Source of the DNA: an uncultured Candidatus Saccharibacteria bacterium
GTDB taxonomy: Bacteria > Patescibacteriota > Minisyncoccia > Phycocordibacterales > UBA9973
DNA length: 59,474 bases
Direction of reading: 5' to 3'
Assembly: GCA_964563615.1 (NCBI GenBank)
Contig: CAZLWF010000005.1
Span: 1-59,474 of the forward strand
Below the pieces are notes generated by a model. That model did not search any database. It saw only the letters and a program-made list of their open reading frames with translations, and had not been told where the DNA came from. Shown in pieces: positions 19,599-27,556 of this stretch. Positions within the stretch are counted from its first letter, which is position 1; each line of letters opens with the position of its first letter. The translations under genes were made by a program, and so were the position numbers.

Positions 19599-20018
19599 TT
19601 ATTTTCCAGTGCTCCCAAATCTGCCTTCACCTCGGACAGATTCGGAGAGTGTATCAGTTTCTTCCAATGTTGCAATTGTGACAGGAAAAAGTATAAGCTG
19701 GGCTATTTTATCTCCTACCTCTACTGTGTATGCTTGCTTGCCTACATTCATAAGCTGGACGTTGTATTCACCTCGATAGCCTGCATCATACACTCCACCC
19801 ATAGTGTGGAGGCCTTTCTTTGCCATACCGCTTTTGTCTTTGACGATGGCAGCATACCCTTCTGGAAACTCTAATGCAAATCCAACAAAAAATATGTGTT
19901 GATCACCTGGCGATAGAGTTATTGATTCTCGGGAATACATATCAAGACCAACATCTCCTGGATGGCTATAGCTCGGTAGCTTTGTATCTTCGTAAAGCTT
20001 TTTTACTTTTATCTGCAT
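19599..20018 (-). CDS. dut: dUTP diphosphatase (trimeric)
   Basis: GDVGLD, KSG, GGVYDAGYRGE, IAQL and RGEGRFGSTG. Start set at MQIKVKK. Confidence 0.93.
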   Translation of the reverse strand: MQIKVKKLYEDTKLPSYSHPGDVGLDMYSRESITLSPGDQHIFFVGFALEFPEGYAAIVKDKSGMAKKGLHTMGGVYDAGYRGEYNVQLMNVGKQAYTVEVGDKIAQLILFPVTIATLEETDTLSESVRGEGRFGSTGK

Positions 20019-20054
20019 ATCCCATCTTAGCAATAAAATTGGCATTTACTAGAT

Positions 20055-20083
20055 TTGACAATTTGCCTTACTAAGAGTATGGT
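20055..20083 (+). promoter_or_regulatory. Sigma70-type promoter of thyA
   Basis: TTGACA-17 nt-TATGGT. Confidence 0.6.
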
Positions 20084-20099
20084 GAGGAAAATTCATTCC

Positions 20100-21071
20100 A
20101 TGAGAAAAAATAATGAAATCCCGGTTCAATACAAACCGTATTCAGAAAGAACACCAGACAACCAATACGAAAATCTACTTCATGATTTACTAAATCATCC
20201 TAATCGCGAGAAAAAAACAAGTTATCATTCACAAGCGAAGGAAAATGTAGGATCAGGGCATATGTACTGCTTTGAACTTCCATGTCGGATATTACAATTT
20301 CATACCTCAAATGGCGCACCAATAACAACAGTTCGTGACTTGGGTAACTTTGGAATATTCGGGGCTATTGGAGAAATGATTGGCTTCATAAATGGCGCAC
20401 GGACATTAAAAGAACTTATGGATTTTGGATGCCCTGAATCGTTCTGGGCATCATCGGTTACAAAAGAAAAGTGTAAAGTCTGGGGATTAGAAGAAGGCGA
20501 TTTAGGATTAGGATCATACGGTCCTAATTTTACCGCTCTTCCCACACACAATGGAGATTTATTTAATCAAATCACTGCCTTAAATAACCAGATTAAAAAC
20601 TATCCATCAGCACGAACAAATCTAATCAGTTCTTGGTACACCCCATTTGATATGGGAGATAAAACACAAAATTCTCCTAGAAAGGTTGTTGTTGCTCCAT
20701 GTCATGGAAATATGATCCAGTTTGATGTAATGGATAATAGAAACATGCATATGACCGTATACCAACGCTCTGCAGATTCCCCACTTGGTTTGGTATATAA
20801 TCTTACTCAATGGTACGCATTTGGCATGATGGTCGCCTATATCGGAAATTTAAATTTTGTGTGGTATACCCATGTACTACCCAATCCTCAAATTTACGAC
20901 ATCCAATTTGAAGCAGTGAAAGAATTATTGAGTAGAAAACCAGGCAAGTTGCCAAGCTTATATTTACGACCTAAAAACAAGGTGGAAAATCTAATTGATT
21001 TTCGTAAAGAAGATTTTGTAATTGAGGATTATTACCCTCAGCAAAAAATGAAGGTTCCATCAGTTGTTTAA
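20100..21071 (+). CDS. thyA: Thymidylate synthase (ThyA fold, divergent)
   Basis: APCH catalytic Cys, YQRSAD, GLVYN and QIY. Start set at MRKNNE. Confidence 0.85.
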   Translation: MRKNNEIPVQYKPYSERTPDNQYENLLHDLLNHPNREKKTSYHSQAKENVGSGHMYCFELPCRILQFHTSNGAPITTVRDLGNFGIFGAIGEMIGFINGARTLKELMDFGCPESFWASSVTKEKCKVWGLEEGDLGLGSYGPNFTALPTHNGDLFNQITALNNQIKNYPSARTNLISSWYTPFDMGDKTQNSPRKVVVAPCHGNMIQFDVMDNRNMHMTVYQRSADSPLGLVYNLTQWYAFGMMVAYIGNLNFVWYTHVLPNPQIYDIQFEAVKELLSRKPGKLPSLYLRPKNKVENLIDFRKEDFVIEDYYPQQKMKVPSVV

Positions 21072-21086
21072 ATATTTGCAATCCTC

Positions 21087-21113
21087 AAAGTCCAGCTAAA
21101 CTGGACTTTTTTT
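21087..21113 (+). terminator. Intrinsic terminator after thyA
   Basis: aaagtccag-ctaaa-ctggacttt followed by further T's. Confidence 0.75.
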
Positions 21114-21146
21114 ATTTATCAGGTATTGTATAGGAAAATACTAACT

Positions 21147-21575
21147 ATGAACTATGTAGACATCAATAACGTGCGCAGTGAAGAAATGCGCCAAAAATGG
21201 CAATCAATTATTGATAGAGGTATAGATCCATTCGATATACAGTATGTCGAAGAGTATGTTGGCCCTGTTATACTCCAGAGCGATCATTGGTATGTATTTC
21301 AAAATAATTATCCATATAAGGGCGCCTTGTATCAGCCCGTTTTGGTTTCAAAAAAATTTTATAGTGATGATGATGAAATGAGCGATGAAGAATGGCTTGA
21401 TCTCCGAAAGATAAAGAAACAGATGAAAGAATTGCTCGGTATTAAGGGCGGAGGATTCATCATGCGTTTCGGTGACACTAGTCTTTCTGGAGGAAGCGTT
21501 ATACATCTTCATGCGCAGCTTATTGTTCCAAAAGAAAACGAAGCGGTTGCTGCATGGTTTGGTTCAAAAAAATAA
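21147..21575 (+). CDS. HIT-superfamily nucleotide hydrolase/transferase
   Basis: NNYPY and GGSVIHLHAQL (HxHxQ variant). Start set at MNYVDIN. Confidence 0.7.
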   Translation: MNYVDINNVRSEEMRQKWQSIIDRGIDPFDIQYVEEYVGPVILQSDHWYVFQNNYPYKGALYQPVLVSKKFYSDDDEMSDEEWLDLRKIKKQMKELLGIKGGGFIMRFGDTSLSGGSVIHLHAQLIVPKENEAVAAWFGSKK

Positions 21576-21586
21576 AAACTGCAATT

Positions 21587-21620
21587 AAAAAATCCCGAAG
21601 AGTATTCTTCGGGATTATTT
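21587..21620. terminator. Bidirectional intrinsic terminator
   Basis: aatcccgaaga-gtat-tcttcgggatt between convergent genes. Confidence 0.8.
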
Positions 21621-22461
21621 ATTTTACTCGTACAATTTCTACACTAGCTGCTTTTAAATCTTCCTGAGCGTTTTGATTTGCATATCCCTCTTTAAAGAAC
21701 AGTTTTCTGATGCCTATTTTGGCAATCATTTGCGCACATGGAAGACACGGAAATGTTGTTACATACATATCTCTACCCCTAAGAACTATTCCCTTCTGTA
21801 ATGCTTGTGCAAAAAGAGCTTTCTCAGCATGTATTGCCCCACATACTTCAGGTTTTTCTCCTGGTTTCATAATAAGTCGCATGTCACCATTTACATAAGG
21901 TTCCATACTTGTTGGCATATGTTCATTAAATGCTACAAGCAATCCTTCTTCGGTTTGTATAGCAGCTCCAACTTGTCGCCAAAAATCAGAACTCTTGCTA
22001 GCTGTTTTTTCTGCCTCAAGAAGCATCTGCCGATCAAACTCCTTAGTAGAGATTTCATAGTCTGCAATCACTTCTTTTGGAATTATGGTATTCCTCCAGT
22101 CCCACCGCAAGAAAGCATTGTCATACTCAACATGCGTATTTGGAAGTTTTTTTGATAATGCGTGTGAAATATCTTCATCTGGCATCACAATTATGGAGAA
22201 TTCATCCAAAAATTTTCCGTCCTGGTCAAAATTTTCAATAACTTTAATACTGGAACTAGGAAATTTTATATGGAGATATGCACCAACTTCCTCTGCAGAA
22301 ATACAACGGATATCGCGACTTAACTGGTCAGCAATGACTGCGTCAATTTCCTTACAACCATTTGCGGTAAGCAATACAATATCAGCAGACTGATTACGTT
22401 CCAAAAAGGATATATACCCGCGATGAATCACTGGCATATACAAAACAATTCCCTTTGTCAT
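21619..22461 (-). CDS. dCMP-deaminase-like protein with extra N-terminal domain
   Basis: C-terminal RQVGA, IHAE and TFPCLPCA zinc-deaminase motifs. The N-terminal region contains PVIHRGY. Confidence 0.8.
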   Translation of the reverse strand: MTKGIVLYMPVIHRGYISFLERNQSADIVLLTANGCKEIDAVIADQLSRDIRCISAEEVGAYLHIKFPSSSIKVIENFDQDGKFLDEFSIIVMPDEDISHALSKKLPNTHVEYDNAFLRWDWRNTIIPKEVIADYEISTKEFDRQMLLEAEKTASKSSDFWRQVGAAIQTEEGLLVAFNEHMPTSMEPYVNGDMRLIMKPGEKPEVCGAIHAEKALFAQALQKGIVLRGRDMYVTTFPCLPCAQMIAKIGIRKLFFKEGYANQNAQEDLKAASVEIVRVK

Positions 22462-23099
22462 TTTCCACCTCCTTTCTTTTTTCTATCTTTAAAATGCTCC
22501 TCCACAACTGTAACAATTTTTTTACCCAGCTCTTCTGAAGCATCCATTGTCAGCGTTCGTATTCTGGCTGTTGTTGATGTTTCTGCCTGTGGTGGAAGGA
22601 CAATAATATTGTCAACATAATTTTTGTAAGCTTTCTTCATGTCTTGAATGAAGGTAGGTCGCCTGCTTTGTGTTGTTTTCGAGAATACCAGAATATTTGG
22701 TTTTATTTTCTTTATCAACTTGAATGGGTCATCTTTGACATTTCGTACAGTAATAATATTAACTGATCTATTTCTGATCAAAATATCAATTCGCTCTTCT
22801 AATCCAACAATTGGCCGTTTTGGCCCCTTATCTTTTTTTACCAATTCATCTGAATCAACCGCAAGAATCAGTACATCACAAAACTCTTTCGCTTTTTCAA
22901 GATACTTGGCATGACCAACATGAAACATGTCGTACACTCCACTTGTATAGCCAACCTTTAGCCCTTCTAACTTAAGGACACCAACAACCCAAGCAAGATC
23001 TTCATTATCAAGGATGATGCGGTCTTCTTTATTGATTCCACCATCCATAATTTTTAGTATTTTAACTCTTCTTGTTCTTTTCGTAGTTTCCATTTTCAA
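22458..23099 (-). CDS. Cytidylyltransferase-like (HIGH nucleotidyltransferase; RfaE-II/TagD-like)
   Basis: TSGVYDMFHVGHAKYL, LAVDSD, KGPKRPI and STT. ATGA overlap with the deaminase gene. Confidence 0.85.
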   Translation of the reverse strand: MKMETTKRTRRVKILKIMDGGINKEDRIILDNEDLAWVVGVLKLEGLKVGYTSGVYDMFHVGHAKYLEKAKEFCDVLILAVDSDELVKKDKGPKRPIVGLEERIDILIRNRSVNIITVRNVKDDPFKLIKKIKPNILVFSKTTQSRRPTFIQDMKKAYKNYVDNIIVLPPQAETSTTARIRTLTMDASEELGKKIVTVVEEHFKDRKKKGGGK

Positions 23100-23127
23100 A
23101 GAATTTTTTTGTTAGCAATTACCTCAC

Positions 23128-23183
23128 AGCCTAAACTTTTTTAAAACATTGTCAATTGACAAAATAAATTTTTAGAGTAGAGT
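23128..23183. promoter_or_regulatory. Back-to-back divergent sigma70 promoters
   Basis: The palindrome TTGTCAATTGACAA gives TTGACA on both strands. It is followed 16 nt later by TAGAGT (+, folA) and TAGGCT (-, cytidylyltransferase). Confidence 0.55.
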
Positions 23184-23201
23184 TATAAAAAACAATTTTC
23201 T

Positions 23202-23699
23202 ATGATAACAATCATTGCAGCAGTACAAAAAAAGGACAATGGTATAGGCAAGAACAATGACGTGCTTTTCCATATACGACCAGACTTTATTCGGATGAAA
23301 AAGATGACTATGGGTCATCCAGTTACCATGGGACGTCTGACGTATGAATCCTTACCTGAGAAATTTCGACCATTACCTGGCCGGACAAACATAGTTATTA
23401 CCAGAAAAATGGACTACCAAACTCCGGAAGGTATCATCGTCACACATTCCCTATCAGAAGCGACTGAGCGAGCATCAGCCATTGATCCTGATAATTTTAT
23501 TTTAGGAGGTGGAGAAATATACAAAGAAGCACTCAAGTTAGGTATCGTTGACCGACTAGAGCTCACGATTATTGACGGCAATAAAGAAGCTGATACTTTC
23601 TTTCCAGATTGGAACGGTTTTGGGAAAACGACAAATCGCATACAAGGCTACAGCGAGGAGGAAGGAGTATATTACGAATTCGTGACAATTGAAAAATAG
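23202..23699 (+). CDS. folA: Dihydrofolate reductase
   Basis: IIAA, GIGKNN, MGRLTYESL, RPLPGRTNIVIT, GGGEIY and ADTFFP. Confidence 0.95.
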   Translation: MITIIAAVQKKDNGIGKNNDVLFHIRPDFIRMKKMTMGHPVTMGRLTYESLPEKFRPLPGRTNIVITRKMDYQTPEGIIVTHSLSEATERASAIDPDNFILGGGEIYKEALKLGIVDRLELTIIDGNKEADTFFPDWNGFGKTTNRIQGYSEEEGVYYEFVTIEK

Positions 23700-23700
23700 A

Positions 23701-23736
23701 AAAACCGACATCATGATACATGATGTCGGTTTATTT
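23701..23736. terminator. Bidirectional intrinsic terminator
   Basis: aaaccgacatcatg-ata-catgatgtcggttt. Confidence 0.8.
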
Positions 23737-24301
23737 ATTCCACTTCGTATGGTGTATTCTTCTTATGCAAATGAGTAAAATATTGCTTTGCAATCTCATC
23801 AACCCAGGGTACTACCTGTGAAATATCAGTGTAGTACTGGAAACGATAATGTTTGTTAATATGTCCAAAATTTCTGACATACGCAGATTTACGCATTGCT
23901 TCAGGGCGTCCAGATTCAGAAATAATCAAAATTGGTATTTTGTTCCCATACATAATCTGCATGCCAATTTGTATCTCCGGTATGGTGACAACAGCGACCA
24001 ATATATTTGCCGTATCAATTGCCTTGTGAATTTTTTCTATATGCTCATTTTCAATAGCTTTAATTTCCTTACTGAGTTGAGTATGGAATGAGTCATTACG
24101 CATATGAATCTTTTCTTGATCATAATCTACCGGCAATCCAGCAGCAAAAAGTAGAGTTTCAATTTTCTGATTACTATCTTCAACTTCAATAATCTCATAA
24201 TTACGTTCAATCAACATTATTTTTAATTGCTGAAGCTGATTTTTAAAATACTCGGGAATATGCTGGGTCGCATGAATGAGGTATATTTTTATTTTTTTCA
24301 T
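23735..24301 (-). CDS. Hypothetical protein, possibly nucleoside 2-deoxyribosyltransferase/TIR-like fold
   Basis: KIYLIHA...IDTANILVAVVTIPEIQIGMQIMYG...PILII resembles the NDT/DNPH1 pattern (recalled, not searched). Confidence 0.4.
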   Translation of the reverse strand: MKKIKIYLIHATQHIPEYFKNQLQQLKIMLIERNYEIIEVEDSNQKIETLLFAAGLPVDYDQEKIHMRNDSFHTQLSKEIKAIENEHIEKIHKAIDTANILVAVVTIPEIQIGMQIMYGNKIPILIISESGRPEAMRKSAYVRNFGHINKHYRFQYYTDISQVVPWVDEIAKQYFTHLHKKNTPYEVE

Positions 24302-24350
24302 GGTCGAGACAATTTTGTTCGGGAACAGTATAGCATCTACGGTTTCGAGT

Positions 24351-24390
24351 GCAAGAAAAAATCGCCCCTTAGGGGGTGATTTTTTCTTGC
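24351..24390 (-). terminator. Intrinsic terminator after rplK
   Basis: gcaagaaaaaatcgcccc-tta-gggggtgattttttcttgc, a long inverted repeat with GU pairs. Confidence 0.8.
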
Positions 24391-24397
24391 ACGTTGA

Positions 24398-24823
24398 TTA
24401 TTTTACGATATCAATACCAGCTGCGCGAGCACTTCCTTCGATGATCTTCATAGCTCCAGCGAGGTCCTTGGCATTTAGATCTCGCATTTTCTTCTCAGCA
24501 ATCTGCTTGACCTGCTCTTTAGTGATCTTGCCTACCTTTGAGGTATTTGGCTTACCTGAACCTTTCTCAATACCAGCTGCCTTCATGATAAGACCAGCCA
24601 CAGGAGGCGTTTTGACAACAAAGTCATAACTGCGGTCTTCGTAGACGGTAATGTGAGCTGTAACCGTCTCCCCTGCAAATTCCTGGGTAACTGCATTAAA
24701 TTTCTGCACAAAATCTCCTATGTTAATACCTGCTTGACCAAGCGTTGGGCCAAGAGGTGGTGCCGGAGTCGCTTTGGCGCCCATTGCTCGAACTTTTACT
24801 TTTTTGATGATTTTTTTAGCCAT
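24398..24823 (-). CDS. rplK: 50S ribosomal protein L11
   Basis: KATPAPPLGPTLG, VYEDRSYDFVVKTPP and IIEGSARAAG. Confidence 0.97.
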   Translation of the reverse strand: MAKKIIKKVKVRAMGAKATPAPPLGPTLGQAGINIGDFVQKFNAVTQEFAGETVTAHITVYEDRSYDFVVKTPPVAGLIMKAAGIEKGSGKPNTSKVGKITKEQVKQIAEKKMRDLNAKDLAGAMKIIEGSARAAGIDIVK

Positions 24824-24869
24824 ATAATTATTGCGGAATAAGAAGCATATCCGATTGCTCTACCTTACT

Positions 24870-25418
24870 CTAAATCTTCTTGACTTGCAAGAAATCAAGT
24901 TCAACTGGGGTTTCGCGACCAAACATTGAAACGAGAACTTTGATTTTACCGCGCTCGTGATCGATGCCGTCAATTCTACCTTCAAGCTCTTTAAATGGTC
25001 CATCATTGATACGAACAATTTCACCGACGTCGAGATTGATGTTATGTTTTGCTGTTTTAGCACCTTCCATCTTGCCGAATAATGCAGTAATCTCTTCTTG
25101 GTTAAGTGGCACTGGATTAACACCTGCACCAACGAATCCAGTAACACGCGGAGTATTTCTAACCACAAACCACGAGTCATCAGTCACGATCATGTCAACG
25201 AGTACATATCCTGGATAGACTTTTTCTTCAACTTCAACTCGCTTGCCGCCTTTAATTTTTATCTTTTTCTCAGTCGGCACAATAACCGCAAAAATCTTGT
25301 CATGCATGCCAAGTGATTCAATACGCTGCAGTAAATTACGCATCACTGCATTTTCATAGCCAGAATACGTATGTATTGCGTACCAATTGCGTGTCCCTAG
25401 TGTTTCTTGTTTTGACAT
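24870..25418 (-). CDS. nusG: Transcription termination/antitermination factor NusG
   Basis: WYAIHTYSGYE, YPGYVLV, VRNTPRVTGFVG, the KOW motif DGPFKELEG and FGRETPVELDF. Confidence 0.97.
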   Translation of the reverse strand: MSKQETLGTRNWYAIHTYSGYENAVMRNLLQRIESLGMHDKIFAVIVPTEKKIKIKGGKRVEVEEKVYPGYVLVDMIVTDDSWFVVRNTPRVTGFVGAGVNPVPLNQEEITALFGKMEGAKTAKHNINLDVGEIVRINDGPFKELEGRIDGIDHERGKIKVLVSMFGRETPVELDFLQVKKI

Positions 25419-25422
25419 ATAG

Positions 25423-25605
25423 TTAAAATGGAAGAATTGTTTCTAATCCTTTTGAGAACAAAAAGTCAAACAGACCTAAGAGGTACGCTAAAATACCAGA
25501 GATAAGGAGGACAGCAATAGTTAGGAGAATTGCCTGTTGTCTGGTTGGCCAAATAACATGTTTGAGCTCTGTTTTTGTTTCTCGTAAATAGGTAATAATT
25601 TTCAT
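25423..25605 (-). CDS. secE: Preprotein translocase subunit SecE
   Basis: YLRETKTELKHVIWPT followed by one TM helix, directly upstream of nusG. Confidence 0.93.
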   Translation of the reverse strand: MKIITYLRETKTELKHVIWPTRQQAILLTIAVLLISGILAYLLGLFDFLFSKGLETILPF

Positions 25606-25642
25606 ATTTATTAAAAACCGCCCCGGAGGGCTTAATACATTC

Positions 25643-25671
25643 ATAGTAGCAAGCAAGCCTTCCGAAGTCAA
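25643..25671 (-). promoter_or_regulatory. Sigma70 promoter of secE-nusG-rplK
   Basis: Minus strand TTGACT-17 nt-TACTAT. Confidence 0.65.
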
Positions 25672-25678
25672 CATACAC

Positions 25679-25707
25679 AAAAAAACCGCCCTTTTGGGCG
25701 GTTTTTT
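25679..25707 (-). terminator. Intrinsic terminator
   Basis: aaaaaaccgccc-tttt-gggcggtttttt. Confidence 0.8.
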
Positions 25708-25718
25708 GAAATTGCGTC

Positions 25719-26507
25719 TTATCGAATTTCGTAGGTAATTGTTACGCTTGAGGTTATTTTGTTCTCACCTGCTGGCAGCTGTGGTGCTTGAGATTCATTG
25801 GCAACACTATCCATAGCCATACCTCCTTTGGCATAGTACATAGGCATTGGATAATTACCAGATTCACTAAAGCCAACAACACCAACAATTTTTACACCTA
25901 GTTCTTTGGCAAGCTCGTCAGCTTTGGCCTTTGCGTCATTGATAGCATTTGTACGAGCCTCTGCCTGAAGAGCTGTGTCATCATCAATAGTAAAATTAGG
26001 ACCAACTATTTCTGTCATACCCGCTGCAACCAATGCTTCAATAACGTCGCCTGCTTTGCCTGTATCACGAACCTTAACTTCGAGTGTCTCTCGGATTTCA
26101 TAGCCTGTAATTTTTGGATTTGAAGGACAGACCCTATCATAGTAGCCATAGCATGTCTCATACACTGGGTTGGCCATGTAACTTATAGTTTTGACATCTG
26201 TGGAGAGAATACCAAGCGCTTCTACTGCAGCCAATGCTTTTTCTTCTCGTGCAGTTGCATTGCTTTGCGCATCGCTAATAGTATTCGCTTTTTCAATAAC
26301 TGTAAAATCAATAGTTGCAATGTCAGGAATTGCAAATACCTCTCCAGTGCCAGAGACATTTATTGTTGTTCCTGCCACCCCACCTACATAGTGATAGGCT
26401 TTGGCAGTATTTAAAAACTGCATAAAGAGAAACAGTACTAGAGCGACAGCCCCAGCAGTAAGGATATAAAAAAGTACTTTTTGTTCTTCGTGTTTTATTG
26501 TAATCAT
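25719..26507 (-). CDS. SIMPL/DUF541 domain protein
   Basis: INVSGTGEVFAIPDIATIDF, AINDAKAKADELA and ITSSVTITYEIR. Start set at MITIKH. Confidence 0.88.
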   Translation of the reverse strand: MITIKHEEQKVLFYILTAGAVALVLFLFMQFLNTAKAYHYVGGVAGTTINVSGTGEVFAIPDIATIDFTVIEKANTISDAQSNATAREEKALAAVEALGILSTDVKTISYMANPVYETCYGYYDRVCPSNPKITGYEIRETLEVKVRDTGKAGDVIEALVAAGMTEIVGPNFTIDDDTALQAEARTNAINDAKAKADELAKELGVKIVGVVGFSESGNYPMPMYYAKGGMAMDSVANESQAPQLPAGENKITSSVTITYEIR

Positions 26508-26560
26508 ATATTTTCTATGGCGTATGAAAGAATATTTTCTTACATACAATTAAATAATAA

Positions 26561-27013
26561 TTATACGTGCACATTACTAACACTTTCAACGGGGGCGTTA
26601 CGCTTTGTGCTTTGAAAGAATTTCTTTGTCTCTGCATAAGGATCAACTCCAAGCAAAGTCTGCACTGCACCTTCTCGTTTCGCATGACCTGAAAGAGCTA
26701 CGATAAACCGAAGCATTGTCCCAATCCCTAAAAATACATAGATGATAGTAAATATTTTACCCGCATCAGTACTTGGTACCAATTGCCCTCCAGCGCCGAC
26801 AGTTGAAAGCGTCGTAACGCTAAAATATAGTGCATCCAAATATTTCCAATGCTCAACAAAATGATAAAATATTGAACCTGAAATTAAAAGTATGACTAAA
26901 AATGTCAATAAACTCCGAAGCTCTCGATCACGCAATACATCTCGCATCGTTCTCGTAAAGCGCACAATCATAAGAATAAAAGTTGCACTCATGACTATCT
27001 TACTTAATCGCAA
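26561..27013 (-). CDS. Two-TM potassium-channel family protein (Ion_trans_2) with atypical filter
   Basis: LDALYFSVTTLSTVGAGG...GKIFTIIYVFLGIG is a pore helix and filter pattern. Confidence 0.8.
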   Translation of the reverse strand: MRLSKIVMSATFILMIVRFTRTMRDVLRDRELRSLLTFLVILLISGSIFYHFVEHWKYLDALYFSVTTLSTVGAGGQLVPSTDAGKIFTIIYVFLGIGTMLRFIVALSGHAKREGAVQTLLGVDPYAETKKFFQSTKRNAPVESVSNVHV

Positions 27014-27473
27014 GCAATGTTACATCAAAAATAAGCGTAGCATTTGGAGGAATGGTTCCAGGAATACCAGATGGGCCATAGGCTAGATTTCCTGGAATAA
27101 TGAGTTTGCGCTCTTCGCCAACTTTCATACCAGCAACACCTTCATCCCAACCAGCGATCACCTGGTGTGCCCCTAAAGGAAAATCAAACGCTCCTCCGTG
27201 GTTTGCACTTGCATCAAAGATGGTCCCATCTTCAAGCATGCCAACATATGAGACAGAAACAGTCTGACCACTTGCTGCTATAGCACCAGTGCCTTCCTTT
27301 ATAATAGTATATCTAAGACCACTTGCTGTTGTTGTTTCTTGCATATCTAAAGTATTTGATTGATTGGCAGTATCCTCTATTGAGGATGAACGCTTATGCA
27401 CACCAATAACAATCGCTAAAATAATAAGAAAACCCATAATAGCACACGCACTCATAATTTGCTTTTTATTCAT
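27000..27473 (-). CDS. FKBP-type peptidyl-prolyl isomerase with N-terminal anchor
   Basis: VSYVGMLEDGTIFDAS, VIAGWDEG, GMKVGE, LAYG and IPPNATLIFDVTL. Confidence 0.93.
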   Translation of the reverse strand: MNKKQIMSACAIMGFLIILAIVIGVHKRSSSIEDTANQSNTLDMQETTTASGLRYTIIKEGTGAIAASGQTVSVSYVGMLEDGTIFDASANHGGAFDFPLGAHQVIAGWDEGVAGMKVGEERKLIIPGNLAYGPSGIPGTIPPNATLIFDVTLLAIK

Positions 27474-27556
27474 ATGCTCTAGTATAGCGTTGCAGATAGG
27501 TAAAAGAAAGTATGCTACACTTGTTCTATGTTAGGTTAAAGTTATAAATTACCTAT

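Noticed and set aside
25612-25665. Inverted repeat cggaaggctt/aagccctccg upstream of secE as a possible riboswitch or tRNA remnant
   Set aside because: The left arm lies inside the promoter spacer and would not be transcribed from that promoter. There is no cloverleaf or known aptamer motif.
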